Made by a program: the position numbers and the translations under genes
Source: Candidatus Poribacteria bacterium
Lineage (GTDB): Bacteria > Poribacteria > WGA-4E > WGA-3G
Length of the DNA: 64,000 bases
Reading direction: 5' to 3'
Assembly: GCA_009839745.1 (NCBI GenBank)
Contig: VXPE01000070.1
Coordinates: 24,445 to 88,444, forward strand
Shown: in pieces, positions 1 through 8,296 of the stretch
How the letters are laid out: each line of letters begins with the position of its first letter
Numbering within the stretch: position 1 is the stretch's first letter
The notes under the pieces: generated by a model
What the model was told of the DNA's origin: nothing
Databases searched by the model: none
Seen by the model: the letters and a program-made list of their open reading frames with translations, nothing else

Positions 1-1338
1 AAGGCGATCGCCACTGTTGAGAAGATGGATGTTTCGAGTCCCTCTCGGGGGAGTGTAACCGGTTTTCTCAGTAGGTATGGCGATCATGTATGGACATCTC
101 CCGAACCCTCCACTAAAGAATTCCCTGCTGAAATCGCAGAAATGCGTCCCTTAATAAACCACGTCGTTAAGGTTGAAAAAAGCCGCGAAAAGACTCATGA
201 TCATCTGGCTTACGAAGGGATTTTAACGGCTGACACACTTTTTCCTGCAAGCCAAAAGCGTTTGGAAAATCGGAGGAATCTGACCTATTCCGTCACGGAA
301 TTGGAAACCTATGCCAAATGTCCATTTCAGTATTTTGTCGATAAGGTTTTGAAATTCAGGAGTGAAGAGGACGAAATAGAGGACGAGTTATCTGGCCTTG
401 AAAAGGGATCATTACTTCATGATGTTCTCTTTGAATTCTACAACAACCGCAGCCTCGAAAAAAGCCCACCTATCCAACAATGTGACGAGGACACCTTTAA
501 AGACGCAAAAACACACCTAAATGAACTGATTGAGCACAAAGCCAACGAAAAGCGCAATGATCGGAAGGAGAAACTTATTGGTGAGAACAATCTCTTGTGG
601 AGGATCGACATAGAGAAACTTCGCGTCGCCCTCCACAAATGGCTCGAAGCCGAACGAACCCACGATTTACCTGTCGTACCACGCTATTTTGAGGTTAGTT
701 TTGGACAGAAACGCGAACCGAGAGATCCAGAACTTAGCTCCACTGAATCAGTTACTATCGGCGACGTGCGTATGACTGGTAAAATTGACCGCATTGATAT
801 AGGTAATGGCTCCTTTAATATTATTGACTATAAAACTGGGAGTACCACCGTTAGAATGCCGGAGATCCTTAGCGGGCGGAGTCTCCAACTCCCGATCTAC
901 CTTCAAATTGCCGCAGAATTACTGAATGGGCAGACAGGAACAGGATTAGGCCCCGCAGCAGGTCTTTATCATAAAATTAGATTGGATCAATGTAAAATTG
1001 AACTCGGTATCGGAACGGAATCCGAGAATGGAGTCGCCTACAGCAATTACAATGGTAAGGACTGGAAACCGGTTGGCTCGAGAAGTGGTCAACTGTTAGC
1101 GGATGAAACCTTCGATGATCGGCTTGCGCGCGTGCGTGGCTACGTTCAACACTACGTTGATAGTATTTCTAAAGGCACTTTTCCGATCATCACGCGCGTT
1201 GAGACATTCGTAGATTCCGAAGAAGAAGGCGACACACCAATTACGCCAAAAAATAAGACAGAACCTTGTAATTACTGCCGTTACAAGCGTGTGTGTCGTG
1301 TCGGTGCAATCTCTGAAACACCGCAATCGGATGACTGA
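1..1338 (+). CDS. PD-(D/E)XK nuclease family protein, AddB/RecB-like C-terminal portion (5' end outside window)
   Basis: The frame is open from base 1, with no stop before the first ATG at 25. Nuclease-core-like 'GKIDRIDIG..IIDYKTG'. AddB/Cas4-type cysteine set: 'YAKCPFQYF' plus C-terminal 'CNYCRYKRVC' (C-x2-C-x5-C). Confidence 0.7.
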   Translation, partial: KAIATVEKMDVSSPSRGSVTGFLSRYGDHVWTSPEPSTKEFPAEIAEMRPLINHVVKVEKSREKTHDHLAYEGILTADTLFPASQKRLENRRNLTYSVTELETYAKCPFQYFVDKVLKFRSEEDEIEDELSGLEKGSLLHDVLFEFYNNRSLEKSPPIQQCDEDTFKDAKTHLNELIEHKANEKRNDRKEKLIGENNLLWRIDIEKLRVALHKWLEAERTHDLPVVPRYFEVSFGQKREPRDPELSSTESVTIGDVRMTGKIDRIDIGNGSFNIIDYKTGSTTVRMPEILSGRSLQLPIYLQIAAELLNGQTGTGLGPAAGLYHKIRLDQCKIELGIGTESENGVAYSNYNGKDWKPVGSRSGQLLADETFDDRLARVRGYVQHYVDSISKGTFPIITRVETFVDSEEEGDTPITPKNKTEPCNYCRYKRVCRVGAISETPQSDD

Positions 1339-1527
1339 CACGCCTCTTTCCATCTTTCACCCTTCAAACGGAAACAGTAAACCTGTAACGGAGTGGAGGG
1401 GTTTTTGCTTGGTGTTTTTGCTTGGGTATTTCTGCGTATTTCTTCAATTCTACGGAAAGGCACATGAAAACTCCTAATCCATCTCACCGACCCGCAAGGA
1501 ATAATTAAAAAACCTTTCAGAAAAAAC

Positions 1528-1556
1528 TTGCACACTTCTGACAAATCTGTTATACT
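1528..1556 (+). promoter_or_regulatory. sigma70-type promoter for sodA
   Basis: TTGCAC (1528-1533), 17-nt spacer, TATACT (1551-1556), about 90 nt upstream of the sodA ATG. Confidence 0.5.
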
Positions 1557-1646
1557 TTCTTAGATTTTTAGCACTTTGCTTGCATGCCCTCAGCACGCAG
1601 ACTTGCAAGCGCGAGAAAAAAATAAAATAGGAGGCTATTTTTAAAA

Positions 1647-2252
1647 ATGGCACATACATTACCAGCACTTCCTTACGCGCATGATGCTTTGGAACCTCAT
1701 ATTGATAAAGAAACGATGGAAATCCATCACGGCAAACACCATCAAGCCTATATCAACAATCTCAACACCGCCTTAGAGGGACTCGGTGATCTCGCTGATA
1801 TGGATATTCACGACTTGCTTAGCAACCTCGATCAGGTGCCGGAAGACAAACGCCAAGCCGTCATCAACAACGGTGGTGGACACGCGAATCATTCACTCTT
1901 CTGGTCTACCATGAGTCCTAACGGGGGTGAACCCGGTGGAGAAATCGCAGCTGCGATCACCTCTACTTTCGGATCACTGGAGGCAGCAAAAGAACAATTT
2001 GTTACTGCCGCAACTACACGCTTCGGTTCTGGTTGGGCATGGCTCGTCCTCGGCGACAGCGGGTTGGAAATCTACTCCACCGCGAATCAGGACAGTCCGA
2101 TCATGCAGGGACACACCCCGCTTCTCGGGCTCGATGTCTGGGAACACGCCTATTATCTGAAATACCAGAACTTGCGTCCGGCTTACGTTGAGGCGTGGGG
2201 AAACGTCATCAACTGGACTCGGGTCAATGAACTCTACATAGCGAACGCCTAA
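1647..2252 (+). CDS. sodA: superoxide dismutase, Mn-type (Fe/Mn SOD family)
   Basis: '[28 protein letters not shown]', '[11 protein letters not shown]', 'NQDSP' and 'DVWEHAYYL'. SD AGGAGG lies upstream of the ATG. Confidence 0.93.
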   Translation: MAHTLPALPYAHDALEPHIDKETMEIHHGKHHQAYINNLNTALEGLGDLADMDIHDLLSNLDQVPEDKRQAVINNGGGHANHSLFWSTMSPNGGEPGGEIAAAITSTFGSLEAAKEQFVTAATTRFGSGWAWLVLGDSGLEIYSTANQDSPIMQGHTPLLGLDVWEHAYYLKYQNLRPAYVEAWGNVINWTRVNELYIANA

Positions 2253-2268
2253 CTTCCCGTAACACGTT

Positions 2269-2389
2269 TTATAGTAAAACCCATAATTAATGGGACATTT
2301 GACAGCGGGCGAGGGGACCTCGCCCCTACGAGGTGAGGCAAGCATGTCGGAGCGTTAAAATGTCTTTTTAATTCTAAACTTTACTATAA
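2269..2389. repeat. MITE-like nested palindromic element, copy A
   Basis: Terminal inverted repeats TTATAGTAAA (2269-2278) and TTTACTATAA (2380-2389). Inner inverted repeat GACATTT/AAATGTC. Central hairpin GGGCGAGG-GGAC-CCTCGCCC (2307-2326). The first 22 nt (TTATAGTAAAACCCATAATTA) recur at 21058 with one mismatch. Confidence 0.6.
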
Positions 2390-2502
2390 ATGTCGGTAGG
2401 GGTAGGAGCGAAGCACTTTTCAAACCTACCCTCTACTTCTTAAAGTAACAGATTCACTTCGCCGTGCTGTCTGCTCAAAAGGACACAGTTCAATTAAATT
2501 TC

Positions 2503-2531
2503 TTGACATTTCCGTTCAAATATGTTATACT
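2503..2531 (+). promoter_or_regulatory. sigma70-type promoter of the ilv leader
   Basis: TTGACA (2503-2508), 17-nt spacer, TATACT (2526-2531). Confidence 0.6.
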
Positions 2532-2624
2532 TAATAGAGCTTAAAGATATATCTTTTCCGCATGCTCGTGAAACTTAGTAAAATGGCGTGCGTAATTAAC
2601 AATTAAATAAATAGATTACCCAAA

Positions 2625-2944
2625 AAAGCGTTGAAGGGGAGGAGTAAGTCGTCCGGACTTGCAAGAGAAGGAGACTCATTGGCTGAAAAGTCTCCACAAG
2701 TTCCCACGATTGAAGGTCGCCCCGGAGCTGCTAATCTGAACGGTCTGTAGGACTCAGTAGGATTGGTCGGTGTGATGCCCGTTAACGCATCCCAAAGAGT
2801 GCTCTTTCTCAGTGTAGGCGGGCAACCTTGTAAGCCTGATACCTTGAATGAAAGTGAGAAAGAGAATTGGAGTGGTACCACGGTAAGGTCAGTGTGAATG
2901 CCCTTCTCGTCTCCATGTTCGGAACGAGGAGGCTTTTTCTTTTG
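2625..2944 (+). promoter_or_regulatory. T-box leader (tRNA-sensing riboswitch) upstream of ilvB
   Basis: Ordered hallmarks: AGAGA (2664-2668), a specifier-type loop 'TGAAGGTCG' (2711-2719), F-box-like CCGTTA (2779-2784), the T-box sequence AATTGGAGTGGTACCACGG (2865-2883), and a terminator hairpin plus T-run (2900-2944). Confidence 0.75.
2900..2944 (+). terminator. intrinsic terminator of the T-box leader
   Basis: GCCCTTCTCGT / ACGAGGAGGC forms a 10-bp stem with one bulge and a 13-nt loop, followed by TTTTTCTTTT. Confidence 0.7.
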
Positions 2945-3016
2945 TAGAGCAAGTTTTCGGTTGGCAAGCTGCACCGACTTCTGTAGAGCAAGTTTTCGGT
3001 TGGCAAGCTGCACCGA
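2943..3016. repeat. perfect 35-bp direct repeat, two copies, period 39 bp
   Basis: TGTAGAGCAAGTTTTCGGTTGGCAAGCTGCACCGA occurs at 2943-2977 and 2982-3016. It lies between the T-box terminator and the ilvB start. Confidence 0.9.
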
Positions 3017-3086
3017 AAATTTAACGACTCCGCGTAGGGAACAGGGAACTACATCCCGCACCCTGCAGCTTATGAGGAAAATTGGC

Positions 3087-4763
3087 ATGGAACTTTCAGG
3101 AGCGCAAATCCTTGTTGACAGTCTCAAACGAGAAGGTGTCGAATATATCTTTGGTGTGAACGGTGGCGCGGCGATGCCGATTTTCGATGCCCTGTACGGT
3201 GAGACTGAAATCAAATTGATTCCGATGCGGCACGAACAAGGAGCATCTCACGCCGCTGACGGTTACGCACGCGCCACGGGAGATGTCGGGGTCGTACTCG
3301 CAACCTCGGGTCCCGGAGCAACGAATCTCGTCACCGGTATCGCAACCGCTTACATGGATTCGATTCCGATGGTCGCGATCACCGGACAGGTCTTCACCCA
3401 CTATATCGGCAGCGATGCCTTTCAAGAGTGTGATGTTATCGGTGTAACGCGCCCGATCTGTAAGCATAGTTACTTAATCAAAGATTCCGACGAGATAGCA
3501 GATGTCGTCGCTGAAGCGTTTCACCTCGCGAAGACGGGGAAACCTGGTCCTGTCGTTATTGACATTGCTAAAGATGCCCAGATACATGAAGCCCTGTTTC
3601 AATATCCAGAAACGGTTGACATTCGCAGTTACAAACCGCAAGTGCACGGGGATCCAGTGCAAATTGCGAAAGCAGCGGCACTGATTAAGGAAGCGAAATG
3701 CCCCATGCTGTATGCCGGTGGTGGCGTCGTCCTCGCCAATGCCAGTGAAGAACTGCGACAATTTACGCTCAAAACCCAGATTCCGATTACGGTTACGTTG
3801 ATGGGGCTCGGGGCATTTCCCGAAACACATCCCTTGGCGATGGAGATGCCCGGAATGCACGGCTCTTGTTGCGCAAATTACGCTTTCACCGACTCAGATC
3901 TTGTTATTGCTATCGGGGCAAGGTTCGATGACCGCGTTACGGGTGATCTCAATAAATTCGCACCGAACGCTAAAAAAGTACACATCGATATTGACGCGTC
4001 CTGTATCGGAAAAAATGTCCCGGTAGATGTTCCGATCGTTGGTGATGCGAAGAAGGTCCTCACTGAACTCAACAAACAGGTTGGTATAGCGGACATAGAT
4101 CCGTGGCGCAACCAGATTCAGGAATGGAAGCAGAAGTACCCATTTGAATACGAGCAAAAAGCCGATAAGGTGATGCCGCAATACGTCATTGAACAGATTT
4201 ATGAACATTACAGCGATGCGATTGTCGTCGCGGATGTCGGACAACACCAGATGTGGGCGGCGCAATACTTCAAATTCACCGACCCCCGACAGTGGCTCAA
4301 CTCCGGGGGTCTCGGCACGATGGGCTTCAGCCTCCCTGCCGCAATCGGAGCGCAACTTGGATGTCCTGACAAAACCGTCGTTAATATCAACGGCGATGGC
4401 TCCTACATCATGACGATCCAAGAATTGGTGCCAGCGGTTACCATGAAACTGCCGCTTAAGATTTTCATCATCAACAATATGTACTTGGGAATGGTCCGCC
4501 AATGGCAGGAATTGTTCCACGGTAAACGTTATTCTGCTGTTGATTACCACGATAATCCAGATTTCGCCTTACTCGCACAAGCATTCGGCGCGACAGGTTT
4601 ACGGGTTGAACATACCGAAGATGTTGTACCCGCACTTCAGAAGGCACAAGGGATTACCGACGGCCCGGTCGTCATTGACTTCATTGTTGATGAAGAAGAG
4701 AATGTGTTCCCGATGGTGCCCGCGGGGGCTGGACTCGGAGATGTTATCCGCGGCTTATCTTAA
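3087..4763 (+). CDS. ilvB: acetolactate synthase (acetohydroxyacid synthase) large subunit
   Basis: 'MELSGAQILVDSLKREGVEYIFG' and the TPP-binding region 'GGLGTMGFSLPAAIGAQL..NINGDGSYIM'. SD GAGGA lies 8 nt before ATG 3087. The ORF-track start at 2898 reads through the terminator and tandem repeat, so I rejected it. ilvN follows. Confidence 0.93.
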   Translation: MELSGAQILVDSLKREGVEYIFGVNGGAAMPIFDALYGETEIKLIPMRHEQGASHAADGYARATGDVGVVLATSGPGATNLVTGIATAYMDSIPMVAITGQVFTHYIGSDAFQECDVIGVTRPICKHSYLIKDSDEIADVVAEAFHLAKTGKPGPVVIDIAKDAQIHEALFQYPETVDIRSYKPQVHGDPVQIAKAAALIKEAKCPMLYAGGGVVLANASEELRQFTLKTQIPITVTLMGLGAFPETHPLAMEMPGMHGSCCANYAFTDSDLVIAIGARFDDRVTGDLNKFAPNAKKVHIDIDASCIGKNVPVDVPIVGDAKKVLTELNKQVGIADIDPWRNQIQEWKQKYPFEYEQKADKVMPQYVIEQIYEHYSDAIVVADVGQHQMWAAQYFKFTDPRQWLNSGGLGTMGFSLPAAIGAQLGCPDKTVVNINGDGSYIMTIQELVPAVTMKLPLKIFIINNMYLGMVRQWQELFHGKRYSAVDYHDNPDFALLAQAFGATGLRVEHTEDVVPALQKAQGITDGPVVIDFIVDEEENVFPMVPAGAGLGDVIRGLS

Positions 4764-4808
4764 CGATTTTAAGGGTTGCGTAGCAACCCGCACTGAAAAC
4801 TATAAAAA

Positions 4809-5309
4809 ATGAACCCAGAAGAACGACACATTTTCTCTGTTTTGGTCGAAAACCGATTTGGCGTCCTTGCACGTGTTGCAGGACTTTTCAGCGGACGCGG
4901 CTTTAATATCGACAGCCTCAACGTCGCGGAAACGCATGACAATAGCATTTCGCAGATAACCCTTGTCACACATGGGGATGCCCAAATTATTGAGCAGATC
5001 TATCACCATCTCAATAGACTTATTGACGTTATTGAGGTAACAGATCTTTCCACTGCTGGGACGCATGTTGAGCGGGAACTTGTTCTTATCAAGGTTGCTA
5101 CCGAGGATCCGCAAAAGCGCACCGAGGTTTTACAAGTCGCGGAAGTCTTCCGTGGACGGGTTATTGACATGAAGCCTGCCTCACTTGTTCTTGAAATTAC
5201 CGGGGATGAGGGTAAATTGAAAGCGGCAATTGATATTTTCAATACGTACGGTATCCTTGAGTTAGCACGCACCGGCAAAATAGCGATGCTCCGCGGCTCC
5301 GAATTTTAA
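4809..5309 (+). CDS. ilvN: acetolactate synthase small (regulatory, ACT-domain) subunit
   Basis: 'HIFSVLVENRFGVLARVAGLFSGRGFNIDSLNVAET'. It starts 45 nt after ilvB. Confidence 0.92.
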   Translation: MNPEERHIFSVLVENRFGVLARVAGLFSGRGFNIDSLNVAETHDNSISQITLVTHGDAQIIEQIYHHLNRLIDVIEVTDLSTAGTHVERELVLIKVATEDPQKRTEVLQVAEVFRGRVIDMKPASLVLEITGDEGKLKAAIDIFNTYGILELARTGKIAMLRGSEF

Positions 5310-5520
5310 TTTATCGACCTCTGGGCTGCGCTCCCATTCCATTAACCCTAAATTGTAGCCTGCAATAATACGCAGAAATACGCAGAAATACCCAAGCAAA
5401 GACCCCCGCTGAATGCCAGACGCGCATTCAGCATTGATTCGCAAAAACACGCAGGCGGATATACGGAAGGGGCATTCATACGCAAACCTTTCGAAACGAA
5501 CCGCAAGGAACATTAGAAAA

Positions 5521-6513
5521 ATGGCAACGATTTATTACGATAGTGATGCTAATTTTGATTTACTGAAAGAGCGCACCGTCGCCGTTGTGGGTTACGGTGC
5601 ACAGGGACGTGCCCAGTCGCTCAACCTCAAAGACAGTGGAGCGAACGTTGTCGTCGGATTATATGAAGGCAGTCGCTCAAAAGCACGTGCGGAAGCCGAA
5701 GGCTTGACCGTCAAAACCGTTGAAGAAGCCACCGTAATGGCAGATATCGTCCAGATTCTCATCCCTGACGAACGGCATGCCGCCGTTTATCGAGATCAGA
5801 TTGCCCCGAACATGGAATCGGGAAATATGCTCCTCGTCTCACACGGGTTCAGCGTCCATTTCGGACAGATTGTGCCTGCCAGTGATATCGACGTTGCAAT
5901 GATTGCACCGAAGGGACCCGGATCCCTTGTTCGCGAGGTATTTGAAGGCGGTGGTGGCGTGCCTTGCCTTGTTGCTATCCATCAAGATACCACAGGACTT
6001 GCGCGCGATGTCGCGCTCGCTTATGCGAGAGGCATCGGTGGCACGCGCTCAGGTGTCATTGAAACAACCTTCCGTGAGGAAACCGAAACGGATCTCTTTG
6101 GCGAACAAGCCGTCCTGTGTGGCGGGACCGCGGCACTCATCAAAGCCGCTTTTGACACACTTGTTGAAGCGGGTTACCAACCTGAGATGGCTTACTTTGA
6201 ATGTCTCCACGAACTCAAGTTGATTGTCGATTTAATTTACGCCGGCGGATTGAGCAAAATGCGAAATGACATTAGTAATACTGCTGAATTCGGGGACCTC
6301 ACGCGGGGTCCACGGATCATTGACGACAGCATTCGAGACAAAATGCGCCAAATTTTGAAGGACGTGCAGGAAGGTGTCTTCGCACGAGAATGGGTCTTGG
6401 AAAATGAAGCGAATCAACCCGTACTCGGTGCGCTCCGTCGACAGGAAGAGGAATTGGAAATCGAAAAAGTCGGCAAAAACCTGCGGAGTATGATGAGTTG
6501 GCTTGACGAGTAA
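5521..6513 (+). CDS. ilvC: ketol-acid reductoisomerase (class I)
   Basis: '[21 protein letters not shown]' Rossmann motif, 330 aa. ATG 5521 is preceded by AAGGA. The upstream extension to 5413 covers repeat DNA and was rejected. Confidence 0.93.
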   Translation: MATIYYDSDANFDLLKERTVAVVGYGAQGRAQSLNLKDSGANVVVGLYEGSRSKARAEAEGLTVKTVEEATVMADIVQILIPDERHAAVYRDQIAPNMESGNMLLVSHGFSVHFGQIVPASDIDVAMIAPKGPGSLVREVFEGGGGVPCLVAIHQDTTGLARDVALAYARGIGGTRSGVIETTFREETETDLFGEQAVLCGGTAALIKAAFDTLVEAGYQPEMAYFECLHELKLIVDLIYAGGLSKMRNDISNTAEFGDLTRGPRIIDDSIRDKMRQILKDVQEGVFAREWVLENEANQPVLGALRRQEEELEIEKVGKNLRSMMSWLDE

Positions 6514-6553
6514 ATTTTCTTCTTTTGGAAGTGGACCTTAAGTTTTCCGCGCT

Positions 6554-6574
6554 GGCGAGGTTTCTAACCTCGCC
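6554..6574. repeat. conserved GGCGAGGTT/AACCTCGCC hairpin (possible ilvC terminator)
   Basis: GGCGAGGTT-TCT-AACCTCGCC lies directly after the ilvC stop. The same stem sequence recurs at 21099-21120, with variants at 2307-2326 and 25600-25619. Confidence 0.5.
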
Positions 6575-6626
6575 TTTCGTGTATGCCGATCTGCTTGGTG
6601 ACATCTTTCGTTCCTGCTCTGAAGAT

Positions 6627-7061
6627 ATGAATGTATCGGACAAAACGGACATTTTCTTAATTCGAGAGTGCCTTCCAGAAGAAGCAGAAGCACTTCTCAC
6701 ATTGTGGCAGGCTGCTGGAACATCCCCGAGCATCACAGACACTATCGCAGATGTCCACAGAGCAATAGAAAGCCTGGGGTCGGTGTTAGTTGCCGAAGCA
6801 CATCAACGTATCGTCGGCTCCTTAATCGCTACTTTCGATGGCTGGCGCGGGAACATGTATCGACTCGCAGTTCATCCTGACTACCGACGGCGTGGCATCG
6901 GACGCGCCTTAGTCGCGGAAGGTGAAAGATGTTTAGCAAAACAGGGCGTTAAACGCATCACAGCACTCGTAGAAGAGCAGTATCCGTGGGCGATCGCATT
7001 CTGGTCGAGTGTTGGGTATGAGATAGAACCTGGGATACTCAGATTTTTCCGCAATCCTTAA
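6627..7061 (+). CDS. GNAT family N-acetyltransferase
   Basis: Acetyl-CoA motif A 'RRRGIGRALVAEGE'. I set the start at ATG 6627 because 6525-6626 contains the post-ilvC hairpin. Confidence 0.75.
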   Translation: MNVSDKTDIFLIRECLPEEAEALLTLWQAAGTSPSITDTIADVHRAIESLGSVLVAEAHQRIVGSLIATFDGWRGNMYRLAVHPDYRRRGIGRALVAEGERCLAKQGVKRITALVEEQYPWAIAFWSSVGYEIEPGILRFFRNP

Positions 7062-7105
7062 ACAAAGCACACGCCGTGTGCCATCGGACGAGGAGGTTGG
7101 TTACC

Positions 7106-8224
7106 GTGAAATTCAGAGGCTATCAACTGGACAACACCTTCAAAAGCGTTTATGGACTCGCAGTCGCTGACATAAACGGTGACGGACAGATCGACATCAT
7201 TGCTGGCTCTACAGGCGAACCCATTATCGCTTGGTACGAGGCACCCCATTGGAAGAGACACCTCGTAACCGATCAGGGCAGTGGACACATCACCATAGTG
7301 CCTTACGATCTCACGGGCAACGGCACGCCTGATCTCATTGTCGGGAGTGGTTTCAATCGCGGGGTCAATGCCGCAGGTGGATACCTCCAGTGGCTTGAGG
7401 CTCCATCACAGGACGGACAGAATTGGAAGCGCCACCGCATCGCCGATGTCCCCTTTATCCATCGTATAGGACTCGCGAATCTCTCTCAGAACGCATCAAC
7501 GTCGGTTCCTTTTCTCATTGTTGCATCCATTCGCGGCGAGGACGGTAAAGCCGGCGAATGGCATAGTCCCGGCTCCCTCTGGTGCTACGAATTGTCGGAT
7601 ACCCCGCGAGAAAGAGCCGCTTGGCAATCCCATCTCCTCGACGATTCCCTCCACATCAACCACGGCTTGAGTATCAATGACGTTGACCAAGATGAACGTG
7701 ATGACATCCTCATCAGCTGCTCGGAAGGATTGATCTGGTATGAACCGCCTACATCACCGATGACAGACGACTGGGGGAAATGGATCATTAGCGACCGAGA
7801 ATGTAGCGACACATTCGCCGCGGATATTGATGGCGACGGGATCAACGAAATTTTAGCGATTGAGCCGTGGCACGGGAACAACCTCGTCTGGTATAAAGCT
7901 ACTGGCGATCTGCGAACCGAGCCGTGGCACCGCTACCTCATCGATGACACACTCAACAGAGGACACTCCCTCGCGGCTGTTGACGTTGACGATGACGGAG
8001 CACTTGAGATTATCTGTGGCTACAACGGTGAAGGGACGAGTTTGCATCTCTACCGTCCAGAGGATATCGCACAGAATCGGTGGCGCAAAGAAACAATTGA
8101 CAATGGGGGTTTAGGGGTCGGTCAGATGCACGTCTTGGACATGAATGGGAACGGCAGATTGGACATCGTCGCCAGCGGTCTCAGCACCGGCAACGTGAAG
8201 TGGTATGAAAATCAACCCAGTTGA
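7106..8224 (+). CDS. FG-GAP/VCBS repeat protein
   Basis: Repeated 'DINGDGQIDII', 'DIDGDGINEIL', 'DVDDDGALEII' and 'DMNGNGRLDIV' motifs. GTG 7106 has AGGAGG 9 nt upstream; the ATG at 7076 is the alternative start. Confidence 0.8.
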   Translation: MKFRGYQLDNTFKSVYGLAVADINGDGQIDIIAGSTGEPIIAWYEAPHWKRHLVTDQGSGHITIVPYDLTGNGTPDLIVGSGFNRGVNAAGGYLQWLEAPSQDGQNWKRHRIADVPFIHRIGLANLSQNASTSVPFLIVASIRGEDGKAGEWHSPGSLWCYELSDTPRERAAWQSHLLDDSLHINHGLSINDVDQDERDDILISCSEGLIWYEPPTSPMTDDWGKWIISDRECSDTFAADIDGDGINEILAIEPWHGNNLVWYKATGDLRTEPWHRYLIDDTLNRGHSLAAVDVDDDGALEIICGYNGEGTSLHLYRPEDIAQNRWRKETIDNGGLGVGQMHVLDMNGNGRLDIVASGLSTGNVKWYENQPS

Positions 8225-8278
8225 GAAATCTTCCTAAAGTAGTAGGCACGCTCCGCGTGCCGTCCTCATATTTCTCAA
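8221..8278. terminator. nested palindrome between convergent genes (bidirectional terminator candidate)
   Basis: TTGAGAAAT (8221-8229) and ATTTCTCAA (8270-8278) flank the inner hairpin GGCACGC-TCC-GCGTGCC. Confidence 0.45.
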
Positions 8279-8296
8279 ATCAAGACTCCAGTCAAA

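Noticed and set aside
2943-3016. Possible CRISPR-like repeat.
   Set aside because: There are only two copies, separated by 4 bp. There are no spacers and no cas genes in the window.
2603-3214. 203-aa minus-strand ORF, and the 2898-3086 N-terminal extension of the ilvB ORF.
   Set aside because: Both read through the T-box leader, its terminator and the 35-bp tandem repeat. The repeat produces the duplicated peptides 'VQLANRKLALQK' and 'CRASFRLASCT'. ilvB has a proper SD and homologous N-terminus at 3087.
5413-5520. N-terminal extension of ilvC.
   Set aside because: The extension covers the 27-bp repeat and leader module and has no KARI homology. The canonical N-terminus '[12 protein letters not shown]' starts at 5521 behind an AAGGA.
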